Of a stretch of 64,000 nt of DNA, positions 49,198 to 57,426 are shown one piece after another (within the stretch, counting starts at the first letter, position 1; every line of letters starts with the position of its first letter). Position numbers and translations under genes: made by a program. Origin of the DNA: Anaerobutyricum sp. (lineage in GTDB: Bacteria; Bacillota; Clostridia; Lachnospirales; Lachnospiraceae); NCBI GenBank assembly GCA_045112755.1, contig JBGUIF010000095.1, positions 384 to 64,383 of the forward strand, given 5' to 3'. The notes under the pieces are model-generated. The model searched no databases. It was not told the origin of the DNA and was given only the letters and a program-made list of their open reading frames with translations.

Positions 49198-49256
49198 CAT
49201 CAGCCCATGATTTATCTTGGGAAAACCACAAAGGAATCAGATTGGAGAGGTGTTTT

Positions 49257-50492
49257 ATGATGGATAAATATGACAGCCTGTTAAAAATCGCCGAGGAGGT
49301 CGGCATGGCCTCAAAGAACCTGAAATACATTGATGACGTGATGGAGCGCGCCATCCGGGAAAAAGTAATGAAGGGAATGGTAACCCTGGTGGCCCGCCAC
49401 GGGAAAATTGTCCAGTTTAAAGCCTACGGCAAGGCTGACGATGATAAACCCATGAAGAGGGATGCCATCTTCCGGCTGGCTTCCATGTCAAAAACCATCG
49501 GGGGCGCGGCCCTGATGCAGCTTTTCGATCAGGGTAAAGTCATGATGTCTGATCCCATCAACGATTATCTGCCGGATTTCAAAGAGATGAAAGTGTATGA
49601 CGAAAGTGCCCCTGGCCAGCTTGTGCCGGCCGACCGGGAGATCACCATCCATGACCTGCTGACCATGACCTCCGGCATCGTCTCCATTCAGTCCGCCGAG
49701 ACCGGGCATCCCGGCTGCGTCTACTGTGCACATAAATATCGGGAAGCAGGCGTAATCGATACCATGCATCCCCTGGATAAAACTCTGGCAGAAGTGGTGG
49801 ACCAGATTGCTTCCCTGCCCCTGGCCTCTCAGCCCGGTCAGCGGTGGGAGTACTCCAATCTGACTTCTCTGGTGGCCGGCCGCATCGTGGAGATCGTCTC
49901 CGGCATGGACCTTCAATCCTATCTGGATCAATATATTTTCCGCCCTTTAGGTATGAAAGAAACCTGCTTTTTCCCGGACCAGGCTGTATGGTCAAGGATA
50001 CCGGCAGTCTATGCCTGCGCCACCATGGAGCGGCTTGAGGACCTGGACGTACCGGGGACAGACACCACCCGGCTGGCCTTTGCCGACTGCAGGAAATATT
50101 ATAATATTGCGGCAGGTCTTCACGGTACTGTTTATGATTATTTTCGCTTCGCCCAGATGCTGTGCAATAAAGGGGAGCTTGACGGTCAGCGGATTCTCAG
50201 TCCCAATGCCATTCATCTGATGACCCAGAATCATATCGGGTCCCAGCGCACCAGGCTGTATGGTCATGGCTGGGGTTACATGATGAACGTCCAGGTTGAT
50301 TACAATACCGTCTTTAATTATATGGGAACAGGTTCCTACGGCTGGCATGGCTACTGGGGCAGTGTCTACAATGTCTGGCCGGAAAAAGATCTGGTGGCCA
50401 TCATGATCTCCCAGGTTTCTCCAGTGGGCCCCTCATGGAAAATACAGGAGCGGTTTTTAAATGTAGCTGCCGGCGCAGTGATCTGTGACTGA
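49257..50492 (+). CDS. serine hydrolase (class C beta-lactamase/esterase fold)
   Basis: SxxK motif (ASMSKT). Start set at the ATG at 49257, after GGAGAGG. The longer ORF-track start overlaps the upstream gene. Confidence 0.85.
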   Translation: MMDKYDSLLKIAEEVGMASKNLKYIDDVMERAIREKVMKGMVTLVARHGKIVQFKAYGKADDDKPMKRDAIFRLASMSKTIGGAALMQLFDQGKVMMSDPINDYLPDFKEMKVYDESAPGQLVPADREITIHDLLTMTSGIVSIQSAETGHPGCVYCAHKYREAGVIDTMHPLDKTLAEVVDQIASLPLASQPGQRWEYSNLTSLVAGRIVEIVSGMDLQSYLDQYIFRPLGMKETCFFPDQAVWSRIPAVYACATMERLEDLDVPGTDTTRLAFADCRKYYNIAAGLHGTVYDYFRFAQMLCNKGELDGQRILSPNAIHLMTQNHIGSQRTRLYGHGWGYMMNVQVDYNTVFNYMGTGSYGWHGYWGSVYNVWPEKDLVAIMISQVSPVGPSWKIQERFLNVAAGAVICD

Positions 50493-50555
50493 TTAATACG
50501 TTCTAATTTCTCCTATTATTCCGCATCATTTTCCATAGTACAAACGGAATATATT

Positions 50556-50564
50556 TGCTATAAT
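50556..50564 (+). promoter_or_regulatory. extended -10 promoter element for the flavodiiron gene
   Basis: TGCTATAAT about 130 nt upstream of the ATG. Confidence 0.45.
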
Positions 50565-50695
50565 ACAAAGTGAGTTATTGGGGTCAGGGACCGAACCTAC
50601 TTCTGAAGGAGTGATCCGCCTTCAGTACCGGCGGCAGATGTGTTCCTGTTCTCTCTGGAAAAGGTATAAAAATCAAGAAAGGTCAGGGGTTAAAT

Positions 50696-52483
50696 ATGTA
50701 CATTACAGAAGATATCAAATATGTTGGTGTCAATGATCATAAGATCGACCTGTTTGAAGGTCAGTACAAGGTTCCCAACGGCATCGCCTACAATTCTTAC
50801 ATGATTTTTGACGAGAAGATCGCTGTTGTGGATACAGTAGATGTGAATTTTGGCAGTGAGTGGCTGATCAACATAGAAAAACAGCTCTGCGGACGTCAGC
50901 CGGACTATCTGATCGTCCATCATATGGAGCCTGATCACTCGGCCAACATTGCCGATTTCATGCAGTATTACAAGAATGCCAAAATCGTCTCCTCCGAAAA
51001 AGCTTATGCCATGATGAAGAATTTCTTCGGCACAGATTTCGAAGAGAGAAAGGTTGTCGTAAAGAATGGCGACACCCTCCGGCTGGGAAGACATACCCTG
51101 GCCTTTGTGGAAGCACCCATGGTTCACTGGCCTGAGGTTATCGTTTCCTACGATGTCCTGGACAAGGTCCTCTTCTCAGCGGACGGCTTCGGCAAGTTCG
51201 GCGCCAATGACGTGGAAGAAGACTGGGCCGATGAGGCGAGAAGATACTATATCGGCATCGTAGGTATGTACGGTAATTTTGTTCAGGATCTGCTGAAGAT
51301 TGCTGCCACTCTGGATATTCAGGTGATCTGTCCGACCCATGGTCCGGTGCTTAGAGAAAACCTTGGCTATTACATCGACCTCTATGACAAGTGGTCCTCC
51401 TACACACCTGAGGAAGAAGGTATTGTGATTGCCTACACCTCTGTCTATGGTCACACCAGGGAGGCAGTTGAAGCCCTTGAGACCTGCCTCAAGGCAGCCA
51501 AGGCGCCCAATGTTGTGGTCTATGACCTGGCAAGAGATGATATGTCTGCCGCTGTCAGCGACGCATTCCGCTACAGCAAACTCGTTCTGGCCACCACAAC
51601 CTACAACGGGGGCATGTATCCCTTCATGCACGATTTCCTCCACCGGCTCGTGGAGCATAAGTACCAGAAGAGAACCGTAGCCATGATTGAGAATGGTTCC
51701 TGGGCTCCCCAGGCTGCCAGACTGATGAAGGAAATGCTTTCCTCCTGCGATAACATTGAGTTCACCAAAAACAATGTCCATATCAAGTCAGCCATGCATG
51801 AAGAAAATGCTGAGGAGCTGAAGAATATGGTTTACGAGTTATGTCAGGAATACATCGAGCATGATGATGCACTGGCCAACAAACAGAACATGGCCGCTCT
51901 CTTCAGGATCGGATACGGCCTCTACGTAATCACCACCAAGGATGACTGCAAGGATACCGGCTGTATTGCCAATGCTGTCGTCCAGGTAACCAACACACCA
52001 AACCGGGTCGCTGTCACCATCAACAAGGCCAACTACACACACGATGTGGTCATGGCCACAAGAAAGATGAATGTCAACTGTCTTTCCGTGGACGCACCAT
52101 TTGATGTTTTTGTCAATTTCGGTTTCCAGAGCGGCAGGGATGTCAATAAATTTGAGAACTGGCCTCTGCTTCGGGCCGGCAACGGCATCGCCTATCTGCC
52201 AAAATACATCAATGCCTTCATGTCCCTCGAAGTCGAGGCTGTTCACGATCTGGGCACCCACAGTATGTTCATCTGCAGCGTTCCCGAAGCAAGAGTTGTC
52301 TCCGGCAGGGAGACGATGACCTACAACTATTATCAGGCCAATGTTAAGCCGAAGCCTCAGCCGGCTGAGAAAAAAGGCTTTGTCTGCAATGTATGCGGTT
52401 ATATCTATGAGGGCGATGAGCTTCCGGCAGACTTTATCTGTCCGATCTGCAAACATCCGGCTTCTGATTTCAGACCGCTGTAA
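50696..52483 (+). CDS. multidomain flavodiiron protein: metallo-beta-lactamase-like diiron, flavodoxin, flavin-reductase-like and rubredoxin domains
   Basis: HxExDH diiron motif (HHMEPDH), a flavodoxin segment, an FMN split-barrel segment, and C-terminal CNVCG...CPICK. Confidence 0.9.
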   Translation: MYITEDIKYVGVNDHKIDLFEGQYKVPNGIAYNSYMIFDEKIAVVDTVDVNFGSEWLINIEKQLCGRQPDYLIVHHMEPDHSANIADFMQYYKNAKIVSSEKAYAMMKNFFGTDFEERKVVVKNGDTLRLGRHTLAFVEAPMVHWPEVIVSYDVLDKVLFSADGFGKFGANDVEEDWADEARRYYIGIVGMYGNFVQDLLKIAATLDIQVICPTHGPVLRENLGYYIDLYDKWSSYTPEEEGIVIAYTSVYGHTREAVEALETCLKAAKAPNVVVYDLARDDMSAAVSDAFRYSKLVLATTTYNGGMYPFMHDFLHRLVEHKYQKRTVAMIENGSWAPQAARLMKEMLSSCDNIEFTKNNVHIKSAMHEENAEELKNMVYELCQEYIEHDDALANKQNMAALFRIGYGLYVITTKDDCKDTGCIANAVVQVTNTPNRVAVTINKANYTHDVVMATRKMNVNCLSVDAPFDVFVNFGFQSGRDVNKFENWPLLRAGNGIAYLPKYINAFMSLEVEAVHDLGTHSMFICSVPEARVVSGRETMTYNYYQANVKPKPQPAEKKGFVCNVCGYIYEGDELPADFICPICKHPASDFRPL

Positions 52484-52500
52484 ATCTCTATCAGATGCTA

Positions 52501-52680
52501 AGGGCAGCCGCTTTAAAGCGGCTGCCACTTTGACTTAAAAGACAAGAATACCAATGTCCTGTGTTGTGTCAGTTGCTGGACATGGGGATTCTTGTCTTTA
52601 TCTCAAGGTTCCGATCCTCTTTGAACAGGACATCCCTGTTTTAACGAAAAAAGGATGCGTTATTTCGACGCATCCTTAAT
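52501..52680. repeat. intergenic repeat module, short copy (internally deleted palindrome 52541-52596)
   Basis: Homologous to 7078-7338 end to end, lacking about 78 nt of the palindrome interior. Confidence 0.75.
52646..52680. terminator. bidirectional intrinsic terminator
   Basis: AGGATGCGT-TATTTCG-ACGCATCCT flanked by an A-run and a T-rich tail, between convergent genes. Confidence 0.75.
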
Positions 52681-52704
52681 ATTTTAATTCTGTATGCTAT
52701 TCTT

Positions 52705-52950
52705 CTAGAACTCTCTCTCTCCGTTAATCCGGAAGAACTGCTGCTGTCCCATACCACAGATCGGACAATGGGAAAGTGTTGTGAAAGCCTTCCCTTCTTT
52801 CTTCTCATCGAAAATGTATCCACATGCCTTACAGTAGTAGATACCATCCAGCGGATGTGCTGCTACGTTCTGGTTTCCACCCTTTGCTGTGAGATCGTCT
52901 ACTGCGTCGTTAATCTGCATTTTGTGAAGCTGCTCTAATAAAGTTCCCAT
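52705..52950 (-). CDS. rubredoxin-like zinc/iron-ribbon protein
   Basis: 81 aa with CKACG...CPICG in the C-terminal half. Confidence 0.75.
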   Translation of the reverse strand: MGTLLEQLHKMQINDAVDDLTAKGGNQNVAAHPLDGIYYCKACGYIFDEKKEGKAFTTLSHCPICGMGQQQFFRINGEREF

Positions 52951-53013
52951 TATTCATACCTCCTGTGATTATGATTATAGTTCCACCATCCGAAAACATG
53001 TTGGTTTCAATTG

Positions 53014-53595
53014 CTAATCGTCAAAGACAAAACGGCAGCCCAGAGCATGAGCAAACTCTCTTAAGATCGCTGTATTTCCCGGCCATGCAGGTGATGTGAT
53101 CAGGTTGCCGTCAACCACCACCTCATCAGGAGCCACTTCAATGTAGCTGGCCCCTGCCAGGATCGCATCCGGCCCGCAGGCTGGATAGCAGGTCACTTTC
53201 CGCCCCTGGAGTACGCCCGCCGCTGTGAGAACCTGTATACCATGACATATGGAAGCCACAGGCTTGCCGCTTCTGACAAAACATTTTGCCAGAGTAATCA
53301 CTTTATTGTTTAAACGTATATATTCAGGAGCTCTTCCACCGGTAATAAAAAGACCATCGTAGTCGTCAAAGTCCACCTCATCAAAACTCTTGTTGAGTGC
53401 AAAAAGATGACCCGGCTTCTCCGTGTAGGTCTGGTCTCCCTCAAAATCGTGAATCGATGTCTTCAGGAACTCGCCTGCCTTCTTGTCCGGACATACAGCA
53501 TCCACCTGGAATCCCAGCATGGACAGAGCCTGGAAAGGAACCATCGTTTCATAATCTTCCGTGAAATCCCCTGCCAATAATAATACTCTATGCAT
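53014..53595 (-). CDS. DJ-1/PfpI-family protein
   Basis: Nucleophile elbow ASICHG. Start set at MHRVLLLAG. Confidence 0.88.
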   Translation of the reverse strand: MHRVLLLAGDFTEDYETMVPFQALSMLGFQVDAVCPDKKAGEFLKTSIHDFEGDQTYTEKPGHLFALNKSFDEVDFDDYDGLFITGGRAPEYIRLNNKVITLAKCFVRSGKPVASICHGIQVLTAAGVLQGRKVTCYPACGPDAILAGASYIEVAPDEVVVDGNLITSPAWPGNTAILREFAHALGCRFVFDD

Positions 53596-53636
53596 ATCTA
53601 TCCCCTTCTCCAAAGAAATAAAACGGTCTGCAAAAC

Positions 53637-54254
53637 CTAACCCTGCTGTTTGGAGAGCTCATATTCTGCATCATCCAGGTTCCGGTAACCATAGGCCTTG
53701 GCCATCCGGTTCAGACTGTCCTTATATCGGTTCAGATCCGGTTTCGCCTCGATGGATGCCAGGAGAAGCATCAGTGTCTTCTGAGAGTAAGTCATCAACT
53801 CACTCCTGAGATAGTTATGGATGCTGACAGGCCCGCTTCCGAGATCTTCAGCCGGTCTTCCCTGCATCCGCACCCTTGGGTACTTTGCTTCCACTTCCTG
53901 CTCCCACTTCAAATAATAATTGGTAATCCGCTCAGCCAGGAAATACACTTCTTCACTCACCGGCGGAAGTAAATGCTTAATCTGATTAAAGTACTGAGGG
54001 TCTGTTTCTGCCATCATGTAAGCGTACTTTTCCATAATAAGGTTGCGGTCGGCTTCCTTGGCTTCCTCCAGGTCAAACAGATAGCTGGCCAGCACGTTCT
54101 CCTCCCAACTGTCAAACTGGGAACTCCTCATAATTACAAAAGTCTCAAAGTCATCCTGACAGTCTGCTCTGCCGTCTATTCCTTTAACCTGCTGAAACAT
54201 CTCCCATTCAGTCAGGACAATTCTTTTCAGAATTACATCTTTTCCGTTACCCAT
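53637..54254 (-). CDS. hypothetical protein (possibly DUF4125 family)
   Basis: 205-aa ORF with an RBS. The family assignment is from memory only. Confidence 0.6.
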   Translation of the reverse strand: MGNGKDVILKRIVLTEWEMFQQVKGIDGRADCQDDFETFVIMRSSQFDSWEENVLASYLFDLEEAKEADRNLIMEKYAYMMAETDPQYFNQIKHLLPPVSEEVYFLAERITNYYLKWEQEVEAKYPRVRMQGRPAEDLGSGPVSIHNYLRSELMTYSQKTLMLLLASIEAKPDLNRYKDSLNRMAKAYGYRNLDDAEYELSKQQG

Positions 54255-54557
54255 ACACTACCTCCTTCTATAGGATAATGATACCATTTTGCAAGCATTT
54301 TCTTTGGTAGGAATTCATCCTAAGACTAGTAATATTGAAACTGATTTTCCCTTCTCCCATGTAATTAAAATTACCACAATTGTTCTGTGTTCTTCCCAAT
54401 CCGAAGGGCTTCATCTGATAAAATATATACAGGGTAATAGTCGATTGACATTTTTGATATCGATATAGGCCATTAGAAGAAGTAAATCTGGAATCTGATG
54501 GTTCTCCCGGGGGGAGATTCCACGTTAAATGTATATATTTTTGGAGGGAAGGTATCT

Positions 54558-54956
54558 ATGAAGGTTGGTATTTATAATCATCAGCATATGCAGGGAAGCT
54601 GCCCGATCTGCAGGCAGACCTACGTACAGGGCATGATGCAGGATGCTTTGTCATGCCAGTCCAAGGCCCACATGGTTTATGGCAGTGACATTGAGTTTGT
54701 GAATTATACGGATCTGGGCAATTATCCTCCGGAGAACCTGGACCGGCCCGGTTTCGGCAGGATGATGGAGGATGTAAAAAATCATGTCGTTGATGTCATT
54801 GTGGTCTTTACCTTGAGCAAAATTTCCACAGATATCGATCTCATTCTGGATACTTATCAGATTATGAAAGATCACGGGGTAGAGTTGATCACCGCCCTTG
54901 ATGGCAAAAAAGCCATGACGGTTCTTGACAAAGCCCTGGCTAAAAGAAATGCCTGA
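54558..54956 (+). CDS. stand-alone resolvase (serine recombinase) N-terminal-domain homolog lacking catalytic residues
   Basis: NLDRPGFGRMMEDVKNHVVDVIVVFTLSKIS...HGVELITALDG is colinear with the serine-recombinase catalytic domain, but the YxRVS(T) nucleophile region reads YNHQHM and DRLxR reads SKIST. Confidence 0.7.
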   Translation: MKVGIYNHQHMQGSCPICRQTYVQGMMQDALSCQSKAHMVYGSDIEFVNYTDLGNYPPENLDRPGFGRMMEDVKNHVVDVIVVFTLSKISTDIDLILDTYQIMKDHGVELITALDGKKAMTVLDKALAKRNA

Positions 54957-55009
54957 TCGTTTCAGGCCGCATATTTCACCTGATCAACATCGAAATAAGA
55001 AGATTTCCC

Positions 55010-55047
55010 GGACTGCCGCTTTCCTGATGCGGCAGTCCTCTTTTTTT
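55010..55047 (+). terminator. strong intrinsic terminator
   Basis: GGACTGCCGC-loop-GCGGCAGTCC followed by a run of seven T. Confidence 0.85.
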
Positions 55048-55210
55048 ACCAAGCCGATTGCCGCCAGGACATAGGTCGGGCAAAGATCATAAATGCTGAA
55101 GAAAGAACAACTTTTGGTGAATTTGTGATATACTTAGATTAAATGAATCATAAAGAAACCATTTAAATCTATTGTATTTTTGCTAATTAACGAAAAAAGG
55201 TTTATCAAGT

Positions 55211-56281
55211 ATGAGTACTGTAAAAGAATTAATCTATTATTGTAAAGAAGAACACCCGATTGGCGCTCTCCTTCTTGCCGGTGAGTGGGGCTGCGGTAAA
55301 ACATATGTCATAGAAAAGGATCTGACAGACGCTCTGGCTGACACCCATATTATCGTCCGCTGTTCTCTTTTTGGCGTGAACAGTATTGATATTCTGCATC
55401 GTGCCGTAAAAAATGCATGGCTGAATGCCTGTATGCCTGTCATAGGTAAAATTCATGATGAGATCAGTAATGAGAAACAGAGTCTGTCTGTTTTAACTCC
55501 GTTTTTAAAGATGATCAACCCTGTGGCTGCCGCTTCTGCTGACGCTGTTCTCACGGTCAATTCCCTGGATATGGTTCACATTCTGCCAGAGATTGAAGAT
55601 CCCCTTCATGGAACGAAGAAGGTGATTCTGGTCTTTGATGATCTGGAGCGCTCCAAGCTTGACCTGGTTGAACTGCTCGGTGCCATCAATGAGTACTGTG
55701 AGAATAAACATTTCAATACGATCATCGTCACTAACGAGAATACCTCCATCCATTCTATGAAGGATTCTGACATTTCCTATAATATACTTAAAGAAAAAAT
55801 CATCGCCCGCACGATCTTTAATGATCCGGATTACCCGGCAATCATCCATTCCATCGTCCACAACAGAAAGTGGCCCAGTATGGATTATGCCGCTTTTCTG
55901 GCCAAAAATGAAAACCTGATCCTGGAAATCTTTCATTCAGAGACTCCCAAACGATCAGGTCAAAAAAAATCGATTCGTAAGTATCACAACATCCGCAGTC
56001 TTATCAGTGCTCTTCAGAACTTCCATCGGATCTATCATCACATGACAAAAGCCGGCATTCGTTATATAGAGCGCTATATGTACTCTTTTATCGCCTATAC
56101 TCTTGTCTCCAGATGCGGCATAGAAAAAGACGGCGTCCCCAGTATGGATTTTGACAGTAATGACATCCAGGCCCTCTACCCCTTCTTCACCTATGAGACT
56201 CTTCCGGACAGCGTCCGGGAATGGATTACCAGCGGAAGATGGGATAAGAAAAAATTCCTGAAGGAGATTACCTCTAAATAG
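55211..56281 (+). CDS. KAP-like P-loop NTPase (soluble, 356 aa)
   Basis: Walker A GEWGCGKT and Walker B VILVFDDLER, the KAP-family pattern GxWGxGKT...DDLDR. No transmembrane insert. Low-GC gene. Confidence 0.65.
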   Translation: MSTVKELIYYCKEEHPIGALLLAGEWGCGKTYVIEKDLTDALADTHIIVRCSLFGVNSIDILHRAVKNAWLNACMPVIGKIHDEISNEKQSLSVLTPFLKMINPVAAASADAVLTVNSLDMVHILPEIEDPLHGTKKVILVFDDLERSKLDLVELLGAINEYCENKHFNTIIVTNENTSIHSMKDSDISYNILKEKIIARTIFNDPDYPAIIHSIVHNRKWPSMDYAAFLAKNENLILEIFHSETPKRSGQKKSIRKYHNIRSLISALQNFHRIYHHMTKAGIRYIERYMYSFIAYTLVSRCGIEKDGVPSMDFDSNDIQALYPFFTYETLPDSVREWITSGRWDKKKFLKEITSK

Positions 56282-56328
56282 GTTTCAGCCAGCAGACTGA
56301 TTGGCGGCACTCGGGCGGCTTTCCCGCC

Positions 56329-57351
56329 TCAGAGGGCCGCTTTCTTAAGCTCTTTGGAATAACGGTTAAAAGAAGACGGTGTCCTGCCTTCATATTTTTT
56401 AAAGATCTTGCAGAAATACCCAGCCTCACTGTAACCGAGCAGGAAAGAGATATCTGAGATATTCATCTCACTGGTGGCCATGTAGTATTTGGCCATGGTG
56501 ATCTTTCTAAGATGAATGTAGTCCACCACACTGATCTTATAGTATTTTTTAAAAATACGACTCAAATAGCCGCTGCTGATCCCGGCCTGGGCAGACAGGT
56601 CTGCCAGGGCAATCTCATTATTTTTATTGTCCTCAATATACTGGAATACTTTGTTCATGTGGGAGTATTTCATGGTGCACAGCTGGCGGTAAACCTCTGT
56701 CACCACCTGCATGATCCAGCAAAAGCACATAAGAGGCTTACTGACATTCTTGGTATTAATTTTATACTTTTGTAAATAGTATTCCTTCTGGGCACTGTCC
56801 ATCCCCGGAATGATATAGAAGAGACTGGAGGCGAGACCAATCATCTTTTCTTTTCTGGATTCTCTGCTGCACTCCTTGAAGAGATAATTAACCACTTCCT
56901 TGGCCACATCGTAAGAATACTTATAATTCCTTCCATCCAGGGAGGAAATCAGCTTCTCAATGTTCTTATCTTCCAGTTCATCAGGCTCTTTCATCTGACT
57001 GTTTTTGATGATGGAATATAGCTTTTCTCTGGAGATAGGTTTGAAAATGTACTCATTGACACCAGCTTCCATGGCACCATGAAGCATAGAATAATCCCCA
57101 TAATTTGAAAGGATATAAATATAGGCATCGGGCAGTCTGCTGCGGATCATTTTACAGACAGTGATGCCTGATTCCTTTTTCAGGTTGGCATCCGCCAGAA
57201 CCAGCTGAGGATGACGGCTGTTTACGAGATCCATCGCCTCTTTGCCTGACGATGCCGTTCCCACCAGTCTGCATCCTTCACATTCATCGATCATTTTACC
57301 CATAGCTTTCTGGTATAATTCATCTGTATCAGCAATTAATATGTCTACCAT
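56329..57351 (-). CDS. response regulator, REC + AraC-type HTH (YesN-like)
   Basis: REC with Asp (LVLADANL), Ser and Lys (FKP) positions present. C-terminal AraC double HTH. Confidence 0.88.
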   Translation of the reverse strand: MVDILIADTDELYQKAMGKMIDECEGCRLVGTASSGKEAMDLVNSRHPQLVLADANLKKESGITVCKMIRSRLPDAYIYILSNYGDYSMLHGAMEAGVNEYIFKPISREKLYSIIKNSQMKEPDELEDKNIEKLISSLDGRNYKYSYDVAKEVVNYLFKECSRESRKEKMIGLASSLFYIIPGMDSAQKEYYLQKYKINTKNVSKPLMCFCWIMQVVTEVYRQLCTMKYSHMNKVFQYIEDNKNNEIALADLSAQAGISSGYLSRIFKKYYKISVVDYIHLRKITMAKYYMATSEMNISDISFLLGYSEAGYFCKIFKKYEGRTPSSFNRYSKELKKAAL

Positions 57352-57426
57352 AATTCAACCTCTTCATTGTCAATACATTTGTCTGCTTCACTCATCCATG
57401 TCCTCACCGGAAATTCATCCATTCAT

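Noticed and set aside
49074-49256. N-terminal extension of the serine-hydrolase ORF overlapping the tannase-family gene
   Set aside because: The extension spans the upstream gene's 3' end and a terminator-like hairpin. A proper RBS precedes the ATG at 49257.
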